Sequence record: MH533020.1
Source: Acinetobacter phage ABPH49
Strand: one strand, 5' to 3'
Length of the DNA: 64,000 nucleotides
The notes beneath the pieces are model-generated. The model had not been told where the DNA came from. It saw nothing but the letters and a program-made list of their open reading frames with translations, and did not search any database. A program made the translations under genes and the position numbers. Positions 1 through 9,462 of the stretch are shown here, in pieces; the first letter of the stretch is position 1; every line of letters starts with the position of its first letter.

Positions 1-1309
1 GCATCTGGCCGATGGCCGTGATGCCGCGCTGATATTTCACCGGGTCAACCTGCAATGCCGTGGCGTATTCGGAATAACCGGTGAACAGGGCATCAGTCTC
101 TTGCTTAGAAATCTGACCTTGGCCCGAGATCGACATCTGGGTATAACCCTCAGAGGCCTTCGGCAGGTCCAGACCCAAACGGTAAGCCTGATCCTTGATG
201 AACTTTTCTCTACGAGCAGCCTCTTCTGGGTTGTCAGAGGTCATCAGCATGGTTGCGTTCAGCCCTTGGAAGAACTGGCCTTGCTTCAGGATCGATTTAC
301 CGGCGTTGAATACACCATACGCGGCACCGATACCTACCAAACTGCTGCGGACGTCTTTCAGTGCGTCGCCAAAGCCCAGGGCTGATTGACGGTTGGACCT
401 GAATTGCGCTTCCAGTGCACTCAAGTGGGCGCGGTATTGGCTGATAGTGATCTTGCCTGCTTTCAGCTCGGCGTTCAGCTTACCGATACCACCTGTGCCC
501 GCACCAGTCCCCAGCTTGGTTTCGTACCCAGCACCATATCTCGAACGGAGACGGATGGCGTTAGTTGCGATCGCATCGGAGGCTCTCGCTTCCAGACGGG
601 CACGGTTGTTAGCTTCCGGGTTGATATTCTTAGGACTCGGACGTGGCAATTGAGGACCCGTATTTGGTCCGGCTTTCGGTCCACGTGGACGTTGAGGTCC
701 CGCGTTAGGTGGGAACGGCGTAGGCAGCATGTTCTGACGAGCACGCTCAATCGCCTCAGGACCTGCGGCCATTCCACGGTTAACAGTACCACCGGCGGCG
801 CTACGTGCGGCCAGAAGAGCATTCAACCGGTCAAGTCTGCCAGCTTTTGCCGGGCTTGTCCAGTTTGCGTTAGAACCAGCTGCACGGGCATTACGCTTTG
901 CATCTCGCTCCATCTGCTGGTAATATTTACGCATCTTGGCCGATTCTGGGTTCTTGGCCGTCATGCTGTTCATCTTCTGACGAATACGTGCAGCAGACTG
1001 CTTCTGGATCGCTTCAGTCACTCGCGCCTCTTTCTTTGCGAGGGCAATACGATGGTTAGAAGCTTTAGTCTCTTCACGTTTACGGGTTTCTGCCAGACGC
1101 TTGTTAACCAGTTCTACTTTCTTTGACGCTGTAAGGAATTGCTGGGCTGGGTTGTTCTGTGCCCTACCTTTACCGGTTGCACGCTGTCCTACCCCTTCCC
1201 ATTCACTCTTCAGCTTCTTGATCTGGTTCTTGGCATCGTTAAACGACTTCTTGTCAACATTGAACACCACGTCGTTACGGGTGGTAGTGACTACAACGTT
1301 ACCTGCCAT
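1..1309 (-). CDS. tail tape measure protein (N-terminal part; runs off window start)
   Basis: ATG at 1309 preceded by GAGGAGA RBS; hand translation MAGNVVVTTTRNDVVF...RLGLDLPKASEGYTQMSISGQGQISKQETDALF... long alpha-helical Q/R/A-rich protein with no stop before coordinate 1; position downstream of sheath/tube/chaperones. Confidence 0.7.
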   Translation of the reverse strand, partial: MAGNVVVTTTRNDVVFNVDKKSFNDAKNQIKKLKSEWEGVGQRATGKGRAQNNPAQQFLTASKKVELVNKRLAETRKREETKASNHRIALAKKEARVTEAIQKQSAARIRQKMNSMTAKNPESAKMRKYYQQMERDAKRNARAAGSNANWTSPAKAGRLDRLNALLAARSAAGGTVNRGMAAGPEAIERARQNMLPTPFPPNAGPQRPRGPKAGPNTGPQLPRPSPKNINPEANNRARLEARASDAIATNAIRLRSRYGAGYETKLGTGAGTGGIGKLNAELKAGKITISQYRAHLSALEAQFRSNRQSALGFGDALKDVRSSLVGIGAAYGVFNAGKSILKQGQFFQGLNATMLMTSDNPEEAARREKFIKDQAYRLGLDLPKASEGYTQMSISGQGQISKQETDALFTGYSEYATALQVDPVKYQRGITAIGQM

Positions 1310-1361
1310 TGTATCTCCTCAAACAAAAAAGGCCAACATCCGAAGACATTGGCCTGTAGTA

Positions 1362-1595
1362 TTATCGCCGTGGAGGCTTCGAAGTCTCTTCCACTTTACG
1401 ATCCTTATCTCCGGCCTCGATGATGTGATCTTTCATGTCGACATACTCGCAAGCCTGCAAGAATTCTTCTGTCGTCATACAGTCCACCTCAGAAAGAGTG
1501 ATGCCTTTGATTCCCCCATCTGCGAGCCTGAACCTCAGGTAGTCATACCACTTGAGGCTCGATGAATCGCGAGTGAAAGCAAGAGCTTTTTCCAC
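1362..1595 (-). CDS. tail assembly chaperone, -1 frame extension ORF (GTG start; frame open for >29 codons upstream into 1616-2089)
   Basis: Gly-rich linker DGGGDGSG in the -1 frame overlapping 3' end of upstream chaperone ORF; classic gpG/GT-like arrangement just upstream of tape measure. Confidence 0.4.
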   Translation of the reverse strand: MEKALAFTRDSSSLKWYDYLRFRLADGGIKGITLSEVDCMTTEEFLQACEYVDMKDHIIEAGDKDRKVEETSKPPRR

Positions 1596-1615
1596 TGCCG
1601 TCTTGGGCTTGTGTT

Positions 1616-2089
1616 TTACTCCTGATCCGTCTCCTCCGCCATCTGATCCACTTGTTTCACCAGACCGAACTGTTCCATCAGCCCCTGTAGGCTTCCGAAA
1701 CCGCTTCTCGTGAAAAAACTTCCGTAGTTCACCCTCAGCACTTCTTTCAGCAATTCGAAAAGCTCAGTCGGGTCATCTTGGAAAAGGTCGTCGATGTCGA
1801 TCGGTTGTGCAAAACCGTTAACCTCGATATCTTCACCAATCAGCAGATGAATCAGGTTCAGCGCACCATCTTCGTCCATCTGGTCGGCCAGATAAAGGAT
1901 GGCGGTTGGCAGAGCATCTTGGAGGCCCTCTGACCCGGAAGCTTTTGCACCAACAATGGTACCAACCGGGACAGCGAAGAATCTGGCGATGCGTGGCATA
2001 TTCCGAATGACTTTAGTCACCGGCCAGTGATATAGTGTGAATCTGTTCGCACCGATTTTTACGTCGGTAGTTTTCTTAAACTTGATCAT
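1616..2089 (-). CDS. tail assembly chaperone
   Basis: 157 aa acidic protein between tail tube and tape measure; AGGAGTG RBS before ATG at 2089. Confidence 0.5.
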   Translation of the reverse strand: MIKFKKTTDVKIGANRFTLYHWPVTKVIRNMPRIARFFAVPVGTIVGAKASGSEGLQDALPTAILYLADQMDEDGALNLIHLLIGEDIEVNGFAQPIDIDDLFQDDPTELFELLKEVLRVNYGSFFTRSGFGSLQGLMEQFGLVKQVDQMAEETDQE

Positions 2090-2165
2090 CGTGTACACTC
2101 CTGTGTCTTTGATTGTTTGGTCCATGCATTGAGAAGGCCACATCCTTGTGGCTCACGAAACGCTG

Positions 2166-2639
2166 TTAGACTGCGCCGATCAGGCCGCCGATGCCAGCAA
2201 CAACACCCTGCATGTTATCAGGTGCCAGCCATGCATCCAGAAGGCCGATTTCCCAGTCCATTTGTTCAACAGTTGAACCGTAGGTCAGGTCTGGCTGTCT
2301 CTGGATCCACCCGAAGGTGTTGATCGACAGGCCTTGAGAGCCTTCCAGCTGAACTGGGAAGAGTGCTCTACCGGTTACGTCAACTTGCTTTTGCCATTGG
2401 GCCAGATAACCGTTCCAAGCAGCAGTGTTCTGAAGGGAAACCGTCATCACGCCAGAACGGTCACGGCTCAGGGCCAGAGACAGTTCACCATCAACACCCA
2501 TGTGAGGGGTCAGGTGGTCGTTGTTACGCGATACTACGATTTTGGTATCAGCGGCATAGCCGCTGACCTTTTGCCCCAGCATGTACAGAATCACTTTCTG
2601 CGGGTCATATGCTTCCCAAGTAAGTACCTTAGTATTCAT
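2166..2639 (-). CDS. tail tube protein
   Basis: 157 aa ORF immediately downstream of sheath gene in sheath-tube-chaperone-TMP order. Confidence 0.5.
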   Translation of the reverse strand: MNTKVLTWEAYDPQKVILYMLGQKVSGYAADTKIVVSRNNDHLTPHMGVDGELSLALSRDRSGVMTVSLQNTAAWNGYLAQWQKQVDVTGRALFPVQLEGSQGLSINTFGWIQRQPDLTYGSTVEQMDWEIGLLDAWLAPDNMQGVVAGIGGLIGAV

Positions 2640-2643
2640 CTAC

Positions 2644-4068
2644 TTATGCTCCTGTTACTGCGGTCTGGGCGTTGGTGCCGGAACCAATCGGACGGTCCAG
2701 AAGGACAGCCGCGCGGATCTTGACGAAGTGCAGGCTGTTGTTGTAAACCAGCTCGACTTTAACGTCGTTCAAGAGGCGGTTCGCGATGTCGTTGGTCGGG
2801 ATTTCCGCGCGACGTGGGATTGTGATCACCGGGTCGTAGAACACATTGTTCACAGTGTCCAGTCCGGTCAGGATCGAACCGTTGCGAATACCAACGCTGA
2901 TCGGGTTGTTCATCATGACACCCTTCAGGCTTGGCAGGTCTTCATCAGACATCTTCAAGCTCAGGCCCATGTTAGAGCGGCGGTGCATGTAGGAGAACAC
3001 AGATTCTTCCAGTCTGAACTTCAGCCAGTGGGCGAAGCGGATGGTGTCTGCGTACTGTCCCGAAGCAGTTTTACCTTCGTACAGAGAACCAAGCTTGTTG
3101 ATTACACGGTAGAAGTTCATGTTGCGGGTCCAGATGTTCTTGCGGTCATTCTCACCCAGCTTCGGAGCAATTACGCCCGGCATGGTTTTCAGGTGCAGCG
3201 AGTCACCGTAAGAAGGATCGTTAGAAGCCATCGCGCCGACTACGCCGCCCTCTGGGAAGTCGATTTCCGCACGCGGGTCGTACAGACCGAGGGAGTCGTA
3301 GCTCAGAGCCATCAGCTGGTCAGCGATCGAAGTCGTGACGTTTGGCTGGGCCTTGTTGTCAGCAGCTGAAGACGAGTACACGTGGAACTTGTAGTGCGTC
3401 TTAGCGAAGGCAGCAGCAGCAACCAGATCGGCGTCTACGTGGGATTCGGTAGACAGGAAGTACCAGTTCTGGTCTTCGTCTTGAACCTTGTCCAGCGTCA
3501 GAGCAACAGTCTCATCAGACAGGTTGGTGATAACATAGTTACCAGCACCATATCCAACAGAGAAGGTCTGCATACCGTCGATGGTCAGTACGCCAGCAGC
3601 AGCGGTCGCGGTCACGAAGTCTTTGATGTCTTCGTCAGCAGCGATAACAGCAGCAAGACCAGCAGCTACTTGCTCAGGGGTTGCCGGTACACCACCAACG
3701 ATGGCGAACTTGATTGCTTTTTCGAAGCGGGCAACAGAGATGTTGACAACGACGTCTTCTGTGTTAACCTGATTGGTGAAGTCAACCTTGGTGTTCAGGT
3801 GCTTCATGCGGCCAATCGCCACTTGTTGCGGACGGAAGTTGCCGGAGAAAGCCTTCTCAGCGAACTTGTACGCCGGAGAGCCAACCGCGAACCCGTCAGC
3901 TACCATTGCGTCGGTAGACAGGTAAATACGCTGGCGCTCAGTGAATTGGTTGTGTACTGCCAAGAACATTGCTGTTTCGAACCCGACAGTGTCCATTGGT
4001 TGAGTACCAAGCTGAACGACAACGTCAACCGGTTTATCATTGTAAGCCATTTGTTTTCCTCTCTTCAA
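2644..4068 (-). CDS. contractile tail sheath protein
   Basis: 474 aa; N-terminal pattern (Y-x-x-x-V-x-V ... hydrophobic AMFLAV segment) like P2 FI/Mu L sheath proteins; gene order. Confidence 0.6.
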   Translation of the reverse strand: MKRGKQMAYNDKPVDVVVQLGTQPMDTVGFETAMFLAVHNQFTERQRIYLSTDAMVADGFAVGSPAYKFAEKAFSGNFRPQQVAIGRMKHLNTKVDFTNQVNTEDVVVNISVARFEKAIKFAIVGGVPATPEQVAAGLAAVIAADEDIKDFVTATAAAGVLTIDGMQTFSVGYGAGNYVITNLSDETVALTLDKVQDEDQNWYFLSTESHVDADLVAAAAFAKTHYKFHVYSSSAADNKAQPNVTTSIADQLMALSYDSLGLYDPRAEIDFPEGGVVGAMASNDPSYGDSLHLKTMPGVIAPKLGENDRKNIWTRNMNFYRVINKLGSLYEGKTASGQYADTIRFAHWLKFRLEESVFSYMHRRSNMGLSLKMSDEDLPSLKGVMMNNPISVGIRNGSILTGLDTVNNVFYDPVITIPRRAEIPTNDIANRLLNDVKVELVYNNSLHFVKIRAAVLLDRPIGSGTNAQTAVTGA

Positions 4069-4112
4069 GGGAGTTTGCAGGGGACGTTAGTCCCCAAGTA
4101 ACTGTCTGGTAC

Positions 4113-4694
4113 TCACCCAGCAGCATGTGTTGGCGGTTTGTTGAAATCGACCTCCACCGGGATATCGATAACCTCAACAGGGTTATGCATTTGAACCTGC
4201 ATGTTGATTCTTTCGATGGTTTCGAACTCTCCGGTATCCATCTCAACGAAAGTGACGTTGAAGATCAGTTGGACACGTGCCCGGCGTTCAAAGTCCTGCA
4301 TATTGATCGGAACCCTCATTCGTGCCACACTGGAGGCTGAAGAGAATGCCCAAGACGAAGGACGTGGGAAGTATTTGTCGTAGATGAACGGAAGGCCAAA
4401 TGCTTGAAGCAAACGCGCCAGCGCCACCTGAGGCTTATCTCTGTACGCTGTCAGGGTGTATGTCACCACATAGTTGTGGATCGCCACATACTTCTCATCA
4501 ACGATCATTTCATGAGTCTTCCAGTTCAACTGGTCGGCCTCTGAAAGCTCGATGAGGATGTGAGGACCTTCAACCTTGGGGATAACCTGATCGTCAGCGT
4601 TGATAACCTTCCAACCGGTGACCTCTTTGGTCATTCGACCAATCACCTTGGTAAGCTCGTCAAATACTTCTTCTGAGTTGGTAAATCCAGCCAT
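4113..4694 (-). CDS. tail completion / sheath-terminator-like structural protein
   Basis: 193 aa ORF, ATGA-coupled to upstream genes in neck module. Confidence 0.35.
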   Translation of the reverse strand: MAGFTNSEEVFDELTKVIGRMTKEVTGWKVINADDQVIPKVEGPHILIELSEADQLNWKTHEMIVDEKYVAIHNYVVTYTLTAYRDKPQVALARLLQAFGLPFIYDKYFPRPSSWAFSSASSVARMRVPINMQDFERRARVQLIFNVTFVEMDTGEFETIERINMQVQMHNPVEVIDIPVEVDFNKPPTHAAG

Positions 4695-5131
4695 TACAGA
4701 CCTCCACTGGTTCCCTCAGGAACCGCAATCAGGTAGCATCGGAACCGGCTAACACCTGAAGTAACGAACACGTCAACCTTCATAACGGTGAACCAGACCT
4801 TTTCGCCACGGGAATTTGTCAGGAGTAGTTGGTCAGCAAGCTGATTGGTTGCCTCGTCAGCACGTTTCAACCAAGTGGATGTGTAGACGGTGTAAGAGTC
4901 GTAATCCTTCTCACCTTCCTGCACCAGCTGGTTGTTCTGGTCGCGGGCAGCTTTGCCTCGCATTGGCTGAACAACGCACTCTACTGCGTCGAAAGGATCG
5001 TACTGGACTTCGACACCCCCGTTCTCAAACGGATCGTCAAGATCTTTCTTTTCGAAGGAGCGGTGCCTACCCTGCTCGGTTGACCAAGGGATCAGCTTGT
5101 TGCGCCCCATCAGGCGGTAACCTCTCGCCAT
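4694..5131 (-). CDS. head-tail connector (neck) protein
   Basis: 145 aa, translationally coupled run 4113-6185. Confidence 0.35.
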   Translation of the reverse strand: MARGYRLMGRNKLIPWSTEQGRHRSFEKKDLDDPFENGGVEVQYDPFDAVECVVQPMRGKAARDQNNQLVQEGEKDYDSYTVYTSTWLKRADEATNQLADQLLLTNSRGEKVWFTVMKVDVFVTSGVSRFRCYLIAVPEGTSGGL

Positions 5132-5613
5132 TAGTCTCTCTCCTTCGGATTGTAAGGCGTAACCTTGAAGCTGGTTGCCTCTCTCAGATCACCGTAGTGG
5201 ATAAGCGCTTCGTTGAAGCCCTTTACTGCCGCCCAGTTATCTGATACTGTGTTGTTTGAGAATGCCCCGGTGTCGATGACGTATTTCATCTTCTTCACCC
5301 CGGCATTACCGATTCTGCGAAGACCTTCTTCGTGGCCCTTCCTGTTGATGATGTCGTACATCAGCTGGCGGGTCATTTTATTGAGGTCAGCCTTGAAAGC
5401 AATCTGCGTGCTGTAGATGAAGTCCCTCTGTGGCAAACCATTCCACCCCTGCTCATGAATTGCAGCAAGGGTAGCCATGTTTAGACCGGAGTAATGACGT
5501 TCATCGAAGTAGCCGTAGGATACTTTTTTATTCTCCAAGACTTTGAGTTCATTGAAGAAATTGTCAAACGCAGAAAGGTCCTGAGTCGAGACATATTTCA
5601 TCAGATTCTCCAA
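5131..5613 (-). CDS. head-tail connector (neck) protein
   Basis: 160 aa, coupled ORF. Confidence 0.35.
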   Translation of the reverse strand: MENLMKYVSTQDLSAFDNFFNELKVLENKKVSYGYFDERHYSGLNMATLAAIHEQGWNGLPQRDFIYSTQIAFKADLNKMTRQLMYDIINRKGHEEGLRRIGNAGVKKMKYVIDTGAFSNNTVSDNWAAVKGFNEALIHYGDLREATSFKVTPYNPKERD

Positions 5614-5654
5614 TTAGGTTATTTTACCACAATACTGTAGCAAAATCAACGCTT

Positions 5655-6185
5655 TTAGCGGACCATCCAAGGTGAACGGCGGCGTCTGCCAACAGAGCCA
5701 CATTCTGACCGAGTTGGGATGGCTGGGGTGGCGAACACGCCCTGCTCCATGAACCCGTTGTAAGAGTTTGGTCCCTGCTTGACTCTGGCGAATTCATCCT
5801 GACGAACACCTCCGATGATGATCAGGCCAGCGTTGAATGCCAGCGATGGATCGATGTATTCCGGGTTGGCAAGCAGCCAGTCCAGCATGTCCTTCCAAGA
5901 TTTGAAGGTTGACCCACCTTTGATGGAGATTGTCTCGTCACCGATCTTCTCAGTACGCTCCGTGATTGAAGACTCGCCGGATTGAACTTCTTGAAGGATC
6001 AGCCAGCGAACGCAGTCGAGGGTGGTGTTGTAAATCACCAGCGGCCAGCGGTCCGGGTAGTCAGTTACATTGAGGGAGTATTTCCATTTATCCAAGAACA
6101 TCTGGATCACCGCATCTGGCAAATCCTCCGGCGAGACTCCGCCGAGGATCAGGCGAATCCTGTCAATGATTTCTTGATCTGTCAT
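5655..6185 (-). CDS. head-tail adaptor protein
   Basis: ATG (MTDQEIIDRI...) with AAGGA RBS; ORF track gives longer GTG-start version to 6218. Confidence 0.35.
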   Translation of the reverse strand: MTDQEIIDRIRLILGGVSPEDLPDAVIQMFLDKWKYSLNVTDYPDRWPLVIYNTTLDCVRWLILQEVQSGESSITERTEKIGDETISIKGGSTFKSWKDMLDWLLANPEYIDPSLAFNAGLIIIGGVRQDEFARVKQGPNSYNGFMEQGVFATPAIPTRSECGSVGRRRRSPWMVR

Positions 6186-6220
6186 TGGTGTTTCCTTTGG
6201 TGAAGTTGTTGACAACACTC

Positions 6221-6249
6221 ATTTTATCATAATATGGTTAGATCGTAAA
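6221..6249 (-). promoter_or_regulatory. sigma70-like promoter TTTACG-N17-TGaTAAAAT (minus strand)
   Basis: -35 at 6244-6249, extended -10 at 6221-6229, upstream of 5655-6185. Confidence 0.45.
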
Positions 6250-6255
6250 CGAATG

Positions 6256-6283
6256 GCAAAAATAAAGCCGCCCGAAGGCGGCT
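6256..6283 (-). terminator. rho-independent terminator
   Basis: GCCGCC-TTCG-GGCGGC stem-loop followed by T-run on minus strand, downstream of 6475-6819. Confidence 0.6.
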
Positions 6284-6474
6284 ATGAATTACGCGGAGGC
6301 GATCTTATCTTCCAGACACAATCCCGGCAGTCTCGTTAGAACCTAACACTCCCGTGGAAGTGCCCGTTTACGTATCTTGCCATTGATTTTCCTCTTCGCA
6401 GATGTGCAAAAAGGGACCCAAGAGGATCCCTTTAATTCGTTTGTCAGTTATTAGTTGACAGCCAGCGAACTCTA

Positions 6475-6819
6475 TTATAGAGTGAAGGTCGCAGTCTCCG
6501 TGGTGTTGTCGCTCATGTTGAAGGTCAGAGTGACAGTACCGCCCGCGTTATTGGCTGTGATGGTTTTAATACCACGTCCGGCAGCACCATCGGCACCCGC
6601 AGTACCTGTATCGCCTTTATCGCCTTTTGGTCCAGCAGGACCCGCAGGGCCTGTGTCACCTTTATCACCTTTTGGTCCCGGTGTGCCACCGCCGCCACCG
6701 ACCAAAGAGGCAACTTCAATTTGAGCGCCGGTCTTCAGGTCAACAATGGTGTGAGCAGTAACGACGCCACGGAATTGCCCTTCTGCATAGCGCTTCTGGA
6801 CCGTTTGGTCAATTGCCAT
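6475..6819 (-). CDS. collagen-like repeat protein (small fibre/whisker)
   Basis: 114 aa with GPKGDKGDTGPAGPAGPKGDKGDTGTAGADGAAG G-X-Y tract; preceded by TGgTAAAAT promoter-like motif at 6870-6878. Confidence 0.55.
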   Translation of the reverse strand: MAIDQTVQKRYAEGQFRGVVTAHTIVDLKTGAQIEVASLVGGGGGTPGPKGDKGDTGPAGPAGPKGDKGDTGTAGADGAAGRGIKTITANNAGGTVTLTFNMSDNTTETATFTL

Positions 6820-6901
6820 TTCTTCTCTCCTCTTTGAGGGTTTATGGCCCCGGAGGGCCGCGAGTTACTATTTTACCATAAATCAGAAAGATTTACGAGT
6901 G

Positions 6902-7915
6902 TCAAGAGTTTACCTTGTAAGTCACTGACATTTTCGTCAGGTCAAGGATTCCCGGGGAGAACATTACGGATCTGTTTCCCTTTGTGGCAGTGCTTCCGAG
7001 AGGGATGTTGATCTTCGACAGATCGGCGCTGTTGTAGTTGACAGTGGCTTCCATCGTTGCAGGGGTGCTTGCATCCGATCTCCTGCCAGAAGTCTCCAAC
7101 GTTTGACCGATCACTTCCCAACCTGAAGGGATTAGACCCGCAATATTCTCTGCTGCATATGTCTTAGGGTCTGCTCCCTTTTTCAATGATGTGGAGAAAG
7201 CCGACCACTCGGAACTTGCTAGGGCAGGACCCCAGTCAGACCCTACACCTACCCGGGTGTAAACCATGCGGATAGCACCGAGACGTCCTACAGGATTCTC
7301 TTCACCGGGAACATCATGCACCGAGTAGATGTCGGAGAACTCGATCCGCTGATCCCAGTTTACCGAGGGCAAGTATGATCCAGACCCTGCGGCTTGGAGA
7401 TATCTAGATCCGATAGTGATCTCAACCACGTACTTCTCAGGATGGAGATTGTAGGAAATAACCTCCACCCCGTCGTAGTACATCTTGGCCTTCAGGTTCT
7501 CCCAGTCGATTTCAACCTCGACATACACCGATGGTTGGTTGGTAGAGGGTCCCGGCAACCACATCAGCCCTGAGTCTGTGTCCCTCTTGGCATAAATCCA
7601 AGCGAGAGGCCCTGATTTGTTTGCTGACCCGAGCGACCTCAAGGTTCTAGCACCGACGATGAACTTGCCAGTTCTCGGCCTGCGGTTTGCGTCGGTTACC
7701 CAGTAATATCGGATAGCTCGGCTGAGGGTTGAGGCGTCAGTGCTATTGCTTTTGCCAACAATTCTGACATACGGGTTGGCTACGCCCGGAGCGCCATAAT
7801 GGTCAAACATCTGGTTGGATCCGTACTCGAGAGCGATATTATTCGAGTAGGGCATCTCTTCTGTCCAGAACATTGAGCCAAGTTTGTTGCTCAGTTCTGT
7901 ACCGTTAGCGCCCAT
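6902..7915 (-). CDS. tail fibre / receptor-binding protein
   Basis: 337 aa Ser/Gly/Asn-rich ORF in fibre cluster. Confidence 0.45.
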   Translation of the reverse strand: MGANGTELSNKLGSMFWTEEMPYSNNIALEYGSNQMFDHYGAPGVANPYVRIVGKSNSTDASTLSRAIRYYWVTDANRRPRTGKFIVGARTLRSLGSANKSGPLAWIYAKRDTDSGLMWLPGPSTNQPSVYVEVEIDWENLKAKMYYDGVEVISYNLHPEKYVVEITIGSRYLQAAGSGSYLPSVNWDQRIEFSDIYSVHDVPGEENPVGRLGAIRMVYTRVGVGSDWGPALASSEWSAFSTSLKKGADPKTYAAENIAGLIPSGWEVIGQTLETSGRRSDASTPATMEATVNYNSADLSKINIPLGSTATKGNRSVMFSPGILDLTKMSVTYKVNS

Positions 7916-7967
7916 GTCTTGATCCGATTTTGAGGCGAGGCATCCGAAGCTCCTGCGAACAGTAGCA

Positions 7968-8159
7968 TTATGTTTTACTCCTGATTATTAGTCCAATTCT
8001 TGTCGATGAGACTGACACCGCCGGTGGGGTATACATGACGAAACCAAGACGGGTTGATGATGCTGTGATCCCGATGGGTGGTTGGGTCACAAACCCCAGT
8101 CGTGTTGAAGACGCATCGTAGGCGGGGACAATCCCGCCACTAAGCAGCATTGTCCACAT
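7968..8159 (-). CDS. small triple-repeat protein (MWTMLL family), upstream of fibre gene
   Basis: 63 aa; three tandem SSTR(L/I)G(F/L)(V/I) repeats; paralogue of 9208-9399. Confidence 0.45.
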   Translation of the reverse strand: MWTMLLSGGIVPAYDASSTRLGFVTQPPIGITASSTRLGFVMYTPPAVSVSSTRIGLIIRSKT

Positions 8160-8161
8160 GA

Positions 8162-9208
8162 TTATCTCCCAGCCTTAATCTGAACGGTGAATGTTTCTCT
8201 CAGGTCAAGGCCACCGTCGAAATCTTCAGGCTTCAATACCAATTGACCTTTCGTCCTGATCACGGTATCAAGGTCGGAAGAAAGTGACTTACCTGCAAGT
8301 ACAGGGGCTGAACCACCATAGACGCTCATTTCCAGCTTGGAGGGTGAAGTGGGGTCTGCCTTCCCCGCTGCCATTTCAAAAGCAACCATCGCCACCTGCA
8401 TACCCGGCCGGTATGTATCTGATTGCTTTCCATGAGTAAAGGCTGAAACCGAAGTGCCAATTACCGCAGGGGTTGCAGAAAATACACCAACATCTTTAGC
8501 TGTTGCCTGTCCCGCAGCAAGCAAGGCACTAGAGGATCCGGTCACTGGTGAACTAAAATCCAAGACGATCGGACCAAGGCGTCCGGTAGGGTTTGGATCA
8601 TCTGGAAGGTCGATCGACACGTATCCATCAGAAAGCCGACAAGTGTCGTTTACTGCTTCGTTAAGGGCATATCCCTTACCAGATGACCAAGGATGGCTAC
8701 CTACGATCAGGGTCAGGTGACTGCCCCCGGTATCCAAATCTCGCGAAGAGGAAAGGACGCTATTCATGTAAACGTTCATCTTCTTGGCTACGAAGTCTGC
8801 CTCGATCTCGATGAAAGCTTCCGTTGCTGCTGAGGCTGCCAGTGTGTTATCTGCACCCCCGATGATGAAACCCCCGAAATACACGGTCCCTGTCACAACT
8901 GTTGGTCTTTTGATCCGGCACCCAAGAACAATCTTACCCTTTTGGTCTGCTGGACTAACGTTCATGAGGTAAGACCCTCCGCGACCTGCTGACCCGCCAT
9001 TGTTGATTACTTGCAGGAAGTAATCATTTGTCCCACCACTGCTAACGTAGGAGTTGGAAACAGAGGTCCCGCCAGAGATATTAACTGTCAACTTTCCCGC
9101 AAAGCGGTCGGAAACGTACTTTACCATGTTAACAGGATCGGTACTTGTCCCACCGTTGTTGGCGAAAAGTTTGAAACTCTCTTGAATGCCAAGGGTGTAA
9201 ATTGCCAT
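8162..9208 (-). CDS. tail fibre / receptor-binding protein
   Basis: 348 aa Gly/Ser/Thr-rich ORF; start overlaps stop of 9208-9399 (TAATG). Confidence 0.45.
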   Translation of the reverse strand: MAIYTLGIQESFKLFANNGGTSTDPVNMVKYVSDRFAGKLTVNISGGTSVSNSYVSSGGTNDYFLQVINNGGSAGRGGSYLMNVSPADQKGKIVLGCRIKRPTVVTGTVYFGGFIIGGADNTLAASAATEAFIEIEADFVAKKMNVYMNSVLSSSRDLDTGGSHLTLIVGSHPWSSGKGYALNEAVNDTCRLSDGYVSIDLPDDPNPTGRLGPIVLDFSSPVTGSSSALLAAGQATAKDVGVFSATPAVIGTSVSAFTHGKQSDTYRPGMQVAMVAFEMAAGKADPTSPSKLEMSVYGGSAPVLAGKSLSSDLDTVIRTKGQLVLKPEDFDGGLDLRETFTVQIKAGR

Positions 9209-9399
9209 TATGTTTTCTCCTTGTATACTCTAATAACACGCTCAACAGCGACCTTCGCAGAAGGGCTTGGGGTGTAGACCCGCACAACCCGGTTAACAGC
9301 GACCACTGTTTGAGGGGTCGGTACGTAAACCCTGACCACTCTCTCAACAGCTGCGGTTACTGTATCGTCCCGGCTATTAGCCAAAAGCATTGTCCACAT
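9208..9399 (-). CDS. small triple-repeat protein (MWTMLL family), upstream of fibre gene
   Basis: 63 aa; three tandem AVERVVRVY-x-P(T/S)P repeats encoded by about 51-nt direct repeats. Confidence 0.45.
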   Translation of the reverse strand: MWTMLLANSRDDTVTAAVERVVRVYVPTPQTVVAVNRVVRVYTPSPSAKVAVERVIRVYKEKT

Positions 9400-9427
9400 T
9401 GTGTACCTCCATTTTACCCTTTATCTG

Positions 9428-9457
9428 GGCAAAATAAAAGGGACCCGAAGGTCCCTT
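9428..9457 (-). terminator. rho-independent terminator
   Basis: AAGGGACC-TTCG-GGTCCCTT + T-run on minus strand after 9463-12348. Confidence 0.6.
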
Positions 9458-9462
9458 GACGA

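Noticed and set aside
101-1565. Plus-strand ORFs 101-385, 386-1126, 1101-1565 etc. listed in the ORF track
   Set aside because: They are R/S/T/C-rich low-complexity translations antisense to the minus-strand tape measure gene, which has a strong RBS and coherent sequence; typical antisense artefacts.
9241-9400. About 51-nt direct repeats suggesting a CRISPR-like array
   Set aside because: The repeats are contiguous without spacers and encode the triple protein repeat of the 63-aa MWTMLL ORF; no CRISPR array is present in the window.
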